This document shows, piece after piece, positions 26,732 to 34,592 of a stretch of DNA of 64,000 nucleotides. Position 1 is the stretch's first letter. Each line of letters starts with the position of its first letter. The translations under genes and the position numbers were made by a program. This DNA comes from Solirubrobacterales bacterium (GTDB taxonomy: Bacteria > Actinomycetota > Thermoleophilia > Solirubrobacterales > 70-9). The stretch spans positions 9,065 to 73,064 of the forward strand of contig JBBECI010000043.1 of NCBI GenBank assembly GCA_040881895.1, given 5' to 3'. The notes beneath the pieces are model-generated. The model was not told where the DNA came from. It searched no databases and saw nothing but the letters and a program-made list of their open reading frames with translations.

Positions 26732-27178
26732 TCAGGCCTCCCCGGCGACTGCGACCGCACCGGCCATGTCGCGCTCGTGGGTGAGGCTGATCTTGACGGC
26801 CAGGTTGCGGTCCACCGCGAACCGGCCAACCTCAGCGTGGAGTTTTACCTGCGGCGGATGGCCGGGGATCACCTCAATTTCCCTGAGGCAGGTTCCGGGG
26901 CCGAGTCCCAGCGCCTTGACCACCGCTTCCTTGGCTGCGAAGCGGGCGGCAAGGTGCCTTGCCGGCCTTCGGTGAGTCCCTGCGTACTCGAGTTCACGCT
27001 CGGTAAAAAGCCGGCTGGCGAGACGAGGGCGACGCTCCAGCGCACGTTCGATTCGCGACACGTCCACGAGGTCGATACCTACGCCGGTGGCCTGAGGGGT
27101 CCCGCTGGATGGATTCCGATCGGTGGCTGCCGGATGGGAGGCGTGTTCGTCGGGGCCGGAATTCGCGTGCTGGCTCAT
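26732..27178 (-). CDS. acpS: Holo-[acyl-carrier-protein] synthase
   Basis: GVGIDLVDVSRIERAL, RLFTERELEY and FAAKEAVVKALG are AcpS motifs. About 30 extra N-terminal residues make the start uncertain. Confidence 0.8.
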   Translation of the reverse strand: MSQHANSGPDEHASHPAATDRNPSSGTPQATGVGIDLVDVSRIERALERRPRLASRLFTERELEYAGTHRRPARHLAARFAAKEAVVKALGLGPGTCLREIEVIPGHPPQVKLHAEVGRFAVDRNLAVKISLTHERDMAGAVAVAGEA

Positions 27179-27230
27179 TGGGAAGCGATCCTAACGGCCT
27201 CGCGGCCACTCGCCAAATGCTGGCGCACGA

Positions 27231-29093
27231 CTACTCGACTGTGACCGTCTTGGCGAGGTTGCGGGGCTGGTCCACGTTGAGGCCGTTGAAACGTGCGACG
27301 TGGTAGGCCAGAAGCTGCAGGGGGACGATCGCGAGAATCGGCTGAAGCAGCCAGTCGGTCTTGGGTATGAGGATGGTCTCGTCCGCGACTCTTGTCACCC
27401 GGTCCGAACCTGCTGTACCGACAGCAATCGTCATCGCACCGCGGGCCTTGACTTCCTCAATGTTGGAGAGCATCTTGTCCAGTATCGGACTGTCGGTTGC
27501 CACGCAGACAACCGGAGTCGATTCGTCGAGCAGAGCGATCGGGCCGTGCTTCATCTCGCCAGCCGCGTAGGCATCGGTCGGGATGTAGGAGACCTCCTTC
27601 AGCTTCAGCGCACCCTCAAGACAGACCGGCAATCCGATGTGTCGGCCGAGGAATAGAAAGAATGAATCGTTGGCGTGCCGTTTCGCTATGACTTCGACCT
27701 CCTCCGAGACGGCATCGATTGTCTGATCCATCATCTCCGGGATCTCGCGCAGACCGGCTACAAGAACCCGAATCCGCTCGATCGAGAGTTTCTTATGTAA
27801 CTCGGCCAGTCGAAGGGCCAGGAGATACATCGCGGCGACCTGGGCGACATAGGTCTTTGTTGCGGCCACGCCGATCTCGAGTCCGGCGCGGGTGTAGAGC
27901 ACCGCGTCTGCATCGCGGGTCGCCTGGCTGCCCATGATGTTCGTCACGGCAAGCACGGTCGCCCCGCCATCACGGGCCAGGCGCATCGCAGCGAGAGTAT
28001 CGGCCGTCTCACCCGATTGAGTCAGACCGATCACCAGATCATCGGGACCGACAACGGGGTTGCGATAGCGATATTCGGAGGCAATGTCCATCTCGACCGG
28101 GATCCGCGCCCAGCGTTCGATCGCGTAGCGGCCGATCAGACCCGCATGGTAGGAGGTGCCGCAGGCGACGATCACGATCCGCTTGACGCTGAGCAGGTAT
28201 TCATCGCTGAGTCCCATGTCGGACAGGTCAACTCCATCGTCATGGGGCAGGCGGTCGAGGATCGTCTCGGCCACTGCTTCGGGCTGTTCGTGGATTTCCT
28301 TGAGCATGAAGGTGTCGTAGCCCCCCTTTTCGGCAGCCTCTTCATCCCAGGTGACGGTTTCCGGCTCACGCTCGATCGCTTTGCCTTCAGCATCAGAAAG
28401 CCTCACACCTTCGGCTGTCACTTCGACGATTTCACCGTTGTCGATGGTCAGCACGCTTCGGGTGTAGGCCATGAAGGCGGGGATCGCCGAGGCGATGTAG
28501 TTCTCGTCCTCGCCGATGCCGACAATCAACGGAGTCTCCTTGCGGGCCCCGGCGATAACCCCGGGTGCCCTGGTGTGCATGGCGACGAACGAGTAGTGGC
28601 CACGCAGTTCACCGTAGGCAAGGCGGACCGCTTCAGTCAGGTCACCGTCGAACTGCCGAGCGATCAGATGAGCGATGACTTCCGCATCGGTCTCGGAACT
28701 GAACCGGCAGCCTTCGGCTTCGAGTTCATTTCTCAGGTCGGCGTGGTTCTCGACGATGCCGTTCATCGCGATCTGAACCTCGCCACTCTCGTCTGAATGC
28801 GGGTGGGCGTTAGCTTCGGTCACCCGACCGTGGGTGGCCCACCTGGTGTGGGCAATTCCGGTGTAGTCGCCGTCGACATCGGGCTGCTCCTCAAAGCCAA
28901 GCAAGCCGCGTTCGGTTTCGAGTGCCTCACGCAGTTTGGCCAGATTCCCGACCGCTTTGACTTTTTCAACACCGTCGGGAATGAGCATCGCAACCCCGGC
29001 AGAGTCGTAGCCGCGGTACTCGAGGTGCTCCAGGCCCGAAACGAGGATTTCCTCACAGGGACGGTGGCCTACATATCCGATGATTCCGCACAT
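27231..29093 (-). CDS. glmS: Glutamine--fructose-6-phosphate aminotransferase
   Basis: MCGIIGYVG Ntn-Cys start, two SIS domains, and a C-terminal ...NLAKTVTVE. Confidence 0.95.
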   Translation of the reverse strand: MCGIIGYVGHRPCEEILVSGLEHLEYRGYDSAGVAMLIPDGVEKVKAVGNLAKLREALETERGLLGFEEQPDVDGDYTGIAHTRWATHGRVTEANAHPHSDESGEVQIAMNGIVENHADLRNELEAEGCRFSSETDAEVIAHLIARQFDGDLTEAVRLAYGELRGHYSFVAMHTRAPGVIAGARKETPLIVGIGEDENYIASAIPAFMAYTRSVLTIDNGEIVEVTAEGVRLSDAEGKAIEREPETVTWDEEAAEKGGYDTFMLKEIHEQPEAVAETILDRLPHDDGVDLSDMGLSDEYLLSVKRIVIVACGTSYHAGLIGRYAIERWARIPVEMDIASEYRYRNPVVGPDDLVIGLTQSGETADTLAAMRLARDGGATVLAVTNIMGSQATRDADAVLYTRAGLEIGVAATKTYVAQVAAMYLLALRLAELHKKLSIERIRVLVAGLREIPEMMDQTIDAVSEEVEVIAKRHANDSFFLFLGRHIGLPVCLEGALKLKEVSYIPTDAYAAGEMKHGPIALLDESTPVVCVATDSPILDKMLSNIEEVKARGAMTIAVGTAGSDRVTRVADETILIPKTDWLLQPILAIVPLQLLAYHVARFNGLNVDQPRNLAKTVTVE

Positions 29094-29105
29094 GAGATCC
29101 CTAGG

Positions 29106-30428
29106 CTACTTGCCGAGTTCTACTTCGACCAGAGAGACCAGTTCCGAGCAGATCCGCTCGGCCTCGTCCTGAGTGGGTGCCTCGACCATCACCCGAACCA
29201 GCGGTTCGGTGCCCGAGGGTCGGACCAGCACGCGTCCTTTGCCTTCGAGATTTCGATCAGCCTCCTTGACCGCAGACCAGACCGCTGCTGCACCGGCAAT
29301 CGCTTCCCGGTCAGCCACAACCACGTTTTTCAGCGTCTGGGGAAGCTTTTTCATTACGGAAGTGCCTGCCAGATCGTCGCCGGCCAAAGCTTCCAGCAGC
29401 ATCAGGGCTGCGGCTATCCCGTCGCCGGTCGGGGCATAGTCGGTCGAAATAATGTGACCGGACTGCTCGCCTCCAAGCACCCACTGCCTGTTTCGGAGCG
29501 CCTCCAGAACGTTTCGATCGCCAACGCTGCTGATCTCAACCTCAATCCCGGCACTGTCCATCGCCTGGTGAAAGCCGAAATTCGTCATTACGGTGACCAC
29601 CACTCCGCCGCCGAGTGACGAGCGGGAGGCACGGTCGGTCGCGATGAAGGCAATGATTTCATCGCCGTCGTGCACTTTGCCCTCGCGGTCAACCGCGAGG
29701 ACCCGGTCACCATCGCCGTCAAAGGAGAAACCGATGTCAGCTCCGGAGCCGATCATCTGCCCGGCCAGACTGTCCACGTGTGTCGATCCGCAGTCCCGGT
29801 TGATGTTCAGGCCATCCGGCTCGTTTGCCCGCAGTTCGACCTCGGCGCCCAGTCGGCTGAAGATCTCCCCCGCAACCCGATAGGTGGATCCATTGGCGCA
29901 GTCGAGCATCACCTTCATGCCGCCAAGGTCCAGGTTGAAGTGTGACTCGAGGGCGCGCAGGTAATCCCGCTCGGCGCCATTGAGCCGGGTGATCCGGCCG
30001 GGGTTTGGACTCGCCGGCGGCGGGTTGTGAATCAGTTCCTCTATCCGGGCCTCGGTGGCATCATCAAGCTTGCCCTCTCTGCCAGCGAAAAGCTTGATTC
30101 CGTTGTCGTGGTAAGGGTTGTGAGAGGCGGAAATGACCGCAGCGAGATCGAAGTCGTAAGAGCGCGACAGCAGCAGCGCGGCGGGCGTGGGCAGTATTCC
30201 GCCGAGATGGACCTCACCCCCGACCTCGGCTGCCCCGGCGGCAAGTGCCGACTCGAGCATAGGTCCGGACTCACGCGTATCCCTGATTATGAGAACTTTC
30301 GGGTGATCGACCCCGAGAGCTGCGGTTCCGGCTCGGCCGATGGCCATCGCCAGTTCAGCGTTCAGTAGATCGCCTACACGGCCGCGGACTCCGTCCGTGC
30401 CAAAGAGCTTTCCCGGCGGCACAGCCAC
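29106..30428 (-). CDS. glmM: Phosphoglucosamine mutase
   Basis: LFGTDGVRG, the active-site SASHNPYHDNGIK, and the GDGDR metal loop. Confidence 0.95.
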   Translation of the reverse strand: MAVPPGKLFGTDGVRGRVGDLLNAELAMAIGRAGTAALGVDHPKVLIIRDTRESGPMLESALAAGAAEVGGEVHLGGILPTPAALLLSRSYDFDLAAVISASHNPYHDNGIKLFAGREGKLDDATEARIEELIHNPPPASPNPGRITRLNGAERDYLRALESHFNLDLGGMKVMLDCANGSTYRVAGEIFSRLGAEVELRANEPDGLNINRDCGSTHVDSLAGQMIGSGADIGFSFDGDGDRVLAVDREGKVHDGDEIIAFIATDRASRSSLGGGVVVTVMTNFGFHQAMDSAGIEVEISSVGDRNVLEALRNRQWVLGGEQSGHIISTDYAPTGDGIAAALMLLEALAGDDLAGTSVMKKLPQTLKNVVVADREAIAGAAAVWSAVKEADRNLEGKGRVLVRPSGTEPLVRVMVEAPTQDEAERICSELVSLVEVELGK

Positions 30429-30435
30429 CCGGGAA

Positions 30436-31206
30436 TCAGCGCTTGGAGAACTGCGGACGCTTACGGGCCTTCTTCAGGCCTGCCTTGCGCCGTTCCTTCG
30501 CACGGGCATCACGGGTCAAAAAGCCGCGTCGCTTGAGTTCGGGGCGCAGTTCGGCATCAACTTCGATCAGGGCCCGGGCGATGCCGTGGCGAACAGCACC
30601 GGCCTGACCGCTTATTCCCCCACCGTGGACACGGATCCTGATGTTCAAATTCGTCTCGTAGCCGGTCACAACCAGAGGCGAGTTGACCACCGTGCGGTGA
30701 CGGGCGCGGGGAAAGTACTCCTCGAACTCGCGGTCATTGATCGTAATCTTGCCGTTGCCGGCCATGAGTGTGACTCGGGCGACCGAACGCTTGCGTTTGC
30801 CGGTCGCGATGAAACGGGCATCCTTGGCAATCTTGGCGGGGGCAGGAGGAGCGGCAGGCAGGTCATCTTCGGAATCCGAGTCAGCGGCCTCACGTTCGAC
30901 GCGCTCCTCTTCCTCGGCTTCGAGTCGGGCGCGGTCCTCGGCACTGAGTTCAATTTCGGGCTCGACCGAAATGGGCTCGAGGTCGGCACCGGGGGGAAGG
31001 TCGGAGCCAGCTGCCTCGACGGGGACCTCTTCGACAATAACTTCCTCGACTGAAACCTCTTCCTCGACGACCTCGCCGTCTTCGGAGACAGTCTCGGTCT
31101 CGACAACTTCGATCACGGTGTCACCCTCGGGGGTGACCTCTTCGCTCACTTCCAGTTCGACATCAACCTCAACTTCGGGCTCGTCGTCCTTTTTTTCTTC
31201 GCTCAC
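30436..31206 (-). CDS. rpsI: 30S ribosomal protein S9 with about 128-aa acidic N-terminal extension
   Basis: The C-terminal 128 aa are canonical S9 ([12 protein letters not shown] ... [18 protein letters not shown] ... KRPQFSKR). The GTG start overlaps the rplM stop (GTGA). Confidence 0.9.
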   Translation of the reverse strand: MSEEKKDDEPEVEVDVELEVSEEVTPEGDTVIEVVETETVSEDGEVVEEEVSVEEVIVEEVPVEAAGSDLPPGADLEPISVEPEIELSAEDRARLEAEEEERVEREAADSDSEDDLPAAPPAPAKIAKDARFIATGKRKRSVARVTLMAGNGKITINDREFEEYFPRARHRTVVNSPLVVTGYETNLNIRIRVHGGGISGQAGAVRHGIARALIEVDAELRPELKRRGFLTRDARAKERRKAGLKKARKRPQFSKR

Positions 31207-31637
31207 TTCTGGATCTCCATCGGCTTGGGCTGCTGGGCATGGTGGGGATGCTCGGGGCCCGCGTAGACCTTCAGCTTGAGGAGCTGGGCACGGCCGAGCT
31301 TGTTTCGCGGCAGCATTCCCCGGACGGCTTTGCGGATTACTTCTTCTGGCTGCCTCTCGAGCATCTCGGCCAGGGTGCGCGACTTGATGCCACCCGGGTA
31401 GCCGGAATGCCGCCAGTAAGTTTTCTGGTTGAGCTTGTCGCCGGTTACCCGGATCTTCTCGGCATTGATGACGACGACGAAGTCGCCGGTGTCAATGTGG
31501 GGGGTGAAGTCCGGCTTGCGCTTTCCTCGAAGGGCATCGGCAAGTCGCGTTGCGAAACGGCCCAGGGTCTGGCCTTCGGCATCGACGACGAGCCAATCTC
31601 TCTGGCGGTTGGATGGTTTGGCTACGTAAGTTTTCAT
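31203..31637 (-). CDS. rplM: 50S ribosomal protein L13
   Basis: [39 protein letters not shown]... is a canonical L13. Confidence 0.95.
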   Translation of the reverse strand: MKTYVAKPSNRQRDWLVVDAEGQTLGRFATRLADALRGKRKPDFTPHIDTGDFVVVINAEKIRVTGDKLNQKTYWRHSGYPGGIKSRTLAEMLERQPEEVIRKAVRGMLPRNKLGRAQLLKLKVYAGPEHPHHAQQPKPMEIQK

Positions 31638-31823
31638 GGGTAAGTGGGGGCGGAGCAGCGTTTGCTGCGGGCGCGGCTTGCGAATGATAGGGAACCCGCC
31701 CGTTACGCGCCTTACCGGTGTCTATAGTTGTAAGAACCCAGAGCCTAACCCGGTCGTGAATGCGGTCGGGGCGGAGGAACCAACGGGGAGAATTTTCCCC
31801 AAGGGGCGAATCGGAGGCAAACA

Positions 31824-33068
31824 TTGCTCCGTAGCGCGACTCTTTCAGCGCGAGCCCGCCAGCTAACTCCGCAGGCATCAGAAAGAGATTTGGCAAAAGC
31901 AATCACATCCGTAATCCTGATCGCGTTTCTGGCGTCACTTTCTGGTGCCGCCGGATCGGCCAGCGCCGCTCAGACTGCTGGCGGTGGCCTTCTGATTCCC
32001 GGAGTTCCGAGAATCGACAACATCATCTGCATCTCGGGTTGCACGAAAATCCGCGCCTCCAGCCCGGGCGGCACTGTTCAGCTCAGTGGTACCGGGATGA
32101 CCAGGGTCAAATCAGTGAGCTTCGCGGGGGTCAAAGGCAAGGGTAAGGTCCAGACGGAACCGACCGGCAAAAGCGCTACCACCCTGCTGGTGGAGGTGCC
32201 CAAAGGAGCGGTAACCGGCCCGGTCCGGGTTCTCAGCTCGACCGGTTCTTACTCTTCACCTTCGGCCCAGACCCTCGAGATCGGTCCTCCCCCGCCCAGG
32301 CAGGCATCTCCGCTTCGAATCAGCGATGCTCAGACCAGCCCCAAAGTCGCCTACCAGTACGGAGCCCGCCTGCCGCAACTCGACTTCATCCTCGGTGGTG
32401 GCCAGGCGAAAAACGACATCCGGATCGATGTTGTGTCTGCGAAGGGGTCGGTAGTAGCCAGCCAGCCTCGACTCAACGTACCGCGTGGGTCGAGTCAGCG
32501 TTTTATCTGGAACGGCAGGGCCGACGGCAGCCCAGCCCCAAGCGGCAGGTACCGATTCGTGGTGAGGGCTCTCGACGGAACCAAGGCTGCTCTTTCGAGC
32601 CAGCAGGGCAGCGCAAACACCCGGGCCAAACGCGCTTCATTCTCCTTCGCCATCTATGGGTACGTCTTCCCCGTGAGAGCCGGCCACACCTACGGTGACG
32701 GGATCGGAGCCGGTCGCGGCCACCAGGGCCTCGACGTGATGGCCCGGTGCGGTACGCCGCTGATCGCCGCCCGCGGTGGCACCGTCTACTACAACTCATA
32801 CCAGGCGAGCGGGGCAGGCAATTATGTTGTCATCAACCTGGCCGGAACCCGCAACGAAAGCCACGCCTACATGCATCTCGCACAGCGCTCGCCGTTCAAG
32901 GTGGGCAGCAAAGTCAAGACAGGACAGAAGATCGGTGTGGTCGGAACCACCGGGCGCAGCACTGCCTGTCACCTTCATTTCGAGCACTGGTCGTCACCCG
33001 GCTGGTACCAGGGAGGCACGTTCCTCGACCCGACCGTCCCCGTCAAGAGCTGGGACAGGTACAGCTGA
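31824..33068 (+). CDS. M23 family metallopeptidase with N-terminal Ig-like (IPT/FlgD-like) domains
   Basis: C-terminal HQGLDVMARCGTPLIAARGG ... GRSTACHLHFEH (HxxxD ... HxH LytM motifs). A signal-like segment is present (ILIAFLASLSGAAGSASA). The exact start is uncertain. Confidence 0.8.
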   Translation: MLRSATLSARARQLTPQASERDLAKAITSVILIAFLASLSGAAGSASAAQTAGGGLLIPGVPRIDNIICISGCTKIRASSPGGTVQLSGTGMTRVKSVSFAGVKGKGKVQTEPTGKSATTLLVEVPKGAVTGPVRVLSSTGSYSSPSAQTLEIGPPPPRQASPLRISDAQTSPKVAYQYGARLPQLDFILGGGQAKNDIRIDVVSAKGSVVASQPRLNVPRGSSQRFIWNGRADGSPAPSGRYRFVVRALDGTKAALSSQQGSANTRAKRASFSFAIYGYVFPVRAGHTYGDGIGAGRGHQGLDVMARCGTPLIAARGGTVYYNSYQASGAGNYVVINLAGTRNESHAYMHLAQRSPFKVGSKVKTGQKIGVVGTTGRSTACHLHFEHWSSPGWYQGGTFLDPTVPVKSWDRYS

Positions 33069-33238
33069 TGTGCATGCAGTGTGTAGCCGGAGTGACTGTG
33101 GCTGCGACCGCTTCCGCCACCGGCCTTCGAGCATGGCTCGGCGCAAAGCGCCCGGACTGGCTGACCCCGGGCCGGATGAAGCTGATGACCGCCGGACTGC
33201 TCACCGTCGGCGTTATCGCCGCCAGCATTCAGGTCTGA
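33068..33238 (+). CDS. Small (56 aa) hypothetical membrane protein, start overlapping the M23 stop
   Basis: TGATG junction. MCMQCVAGVTVAATASATGLRAWLGAKRPDWLTPGRMKLMTAGLLTVGVIAASIQV has two hydrophobic segments and an N-terminal CxxC. No homology call. Confidence 0.35.
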   Translation: MCMQCVAGVTVAATASATGLRAWLGAKRPDWLTPGRMKLMTAGLLTVGVIAASIQV

Positions 33239-33274
33239 TCAAGCCTCAGTAATCCGGAGGCGCCAGGCCCGGAA

Positions 33275-34441
33275 TCAATGCTGGTGGCCGCCCTCGGCCG
33301 CCTCGTGAAGCTCTTTTTCGCTCAGCCTGTCGGCCAACAGGACAGCCAGGGCGGTGGTGATCGGGACCGCGGCGATGAGTCCGATCGAGCCGACCAGCGT
33401 TGCGACGATCTCCTTCGCGACGATTTCCAGGTTTACGGCATCCACCAGGCCCAGCTGACCTGAGCCGAAGATCAGCAGGATCGGCAGTGAGGAGCCGACA
33501 TAGGCCAGCACCAGGGTGTTGACCGTGGCGCTTACGTGGTCGCGGCCGACCTCGATGGCCCGGTTATATAGCCCCCGGAAGCTCTGGCTGGGATCGGCTG
33601 CTCTGAGTGCCATTACAGTCGAGGCCTGGCTGATGGTCACGTCGTCCAGCACGCCGAGCGCTCCGATGATGATGCCCGCGATCAGCAGTCCGCTGATTGA
33701 GATGTCAGGGCCTCCAACTGCGAGCAGGGTTGCCTCTTCCGAGGAGAAACCCGTAAGGCTGGTCAACTCGGTGAAGACAACTGCGAGCAGGCCGACGAGC
33801 AGCAAACTGAAAGTTGTACCGAGGATCGCGGCGATGCTTTTGGGTCCCAGGCCGTGAGCCAGTGCGATCGTGACCAGCATCACTGCCATCGAGCCGACCA
33901 GGGCCACGGCCAGTGGTGGCCGGCCGTCGAGGATCGCCGGCACGATGAAGACAACCACTATGGCCAGGCTTCCAGCGAGGCCGACCAGTGAGAGTGCTCC
34001 CCTCAGGCGGCCAAAGACCAGCACGAGCAGCACGAAGGCGATCGCCAGCCAGAGCATCGGGGCCCGCCGCTCGAAATCGACCACCGAATACACGGGCTCG
34101 GCCGTGCCGTAACCGACTTCGGTGACGCGGACGGTGTCACCGGCCTCGAAGATCGGAATCGGTCCACCCGACGAAAGCTGAACCGGAACGAGAGAATCCT
34201 GGTCCGGTCCCGAAAGAAGTCGGACCTCCGCGTCCGTGCAGGTGCCCTCAACCGGTGGCGGACATTCCCGCGACTCGACCGACTCAATTTCGCCTTTCTC
34301 GGTCTTGCCCGGCGGTCCGACGCCGATCTCCACGTCTTCCGAGCCGGTGGGCCAAAGCAGCGCCAGGCCGATCAGGGTCGCTGCGGCCAGCAGGGCCACA
34401 GCCCCCACGAACAAGCCTTTCCCTGAGAAGGTTTCTCCCAT
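33275..34441 (-). CDS. YibE/F family membrane protein
   Basis: An N-terminal TM plus extracytoplasmic domain, then a polytopic region with GRDHVSATVNTLVLAYVGSSLPILL, typical of YibE/F. Confidence 0.65.
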   Translation of the reverse strand: MGETFSGKGLFVGAVALLAAATLIGLALLWPTGSEDVEIGVGPPGKTEKGEIESVESRECPPPVEGTCTDAEVRLLSGPDQDSLVPVQLSSGGPIPIFEAGDTVRVTEVGYGTAEPVYSVVDFERRAPMLWLAIAFVLLVLVFGRLRGALSLVGLAGSLAIVVVFIVPAILDGRPPLAVALVGSMAVMLVTIALAHGLGPKSIAAILGTTFSLLLVGLLAVVFTELTSLTGFSSEEATLLAVGGPDISISGLLIAGIIIGALGVLDDVTISQASTVMALRAADPSQSFRGLYNRAIEVGRDHVSATVNTLVLAYVGSSLPILLIFGSGQLGLVDAVNLEIVAKEIVATLVGSIGLIAAVPITTALAVLLADRLSEKELHEAAEGGHQH

Positions 34442-34527
34442 GATCAGGGATTCTCACAGGGCGACCGGCGGCGCTCAGTGAGTGTGCGGCACCCCGGGGT
34501 CCACTGCGGGAACGGATCACCCTAAAC

Positions 34528-34547
34528 TGATAACGAATCTCATTATG
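34528..34547. promoter_or_regulatory. Candidate Zur/Fur-type operator overlapping a -10-like TATAAA in the divergent yibE/F-like and znu intergenic region
   Basis: This is the only AT-rich patch in the spacer: tgATAACGAatcTCATTATg, a 7-3-7 imperfect palindrome (ATAACGA / ATAATGA, 6 of 7). TATAAA follows at 34549-34554, about 40 nt before GTG 34593. A Fur-family gene ends the operon. Confidence 0.45.
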
Positions 34548-34592
34548 CTATAAAGAGGCTCCGTCCAACGCAAACTTGAATCGGAGACACCC

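Noticed and set aside
26694-26738. A third CTGA-type junction: CTG overlapping the acpS stop as an extended start for nnr
   Set aside because: The frame is open and a CTG does overlap the TGA. However, ATG 26693 already gives an N-terminus (MAEVDRWAIE...) equivalent to short YjeF_N proteins. The GGAGG lies only 1 nt from the CTG. No conserved sequence is lost with the ATG start.
31638-31823. Ribosomal-protein leader (L13-type autoregulatory element) upstream of rplM
   Set aside because: The known L13 leader is a Firmicutes element that I cannot match here. Only a short GGGGAgaattttCCCC hairpin is visible, which is not enough to call a feature.
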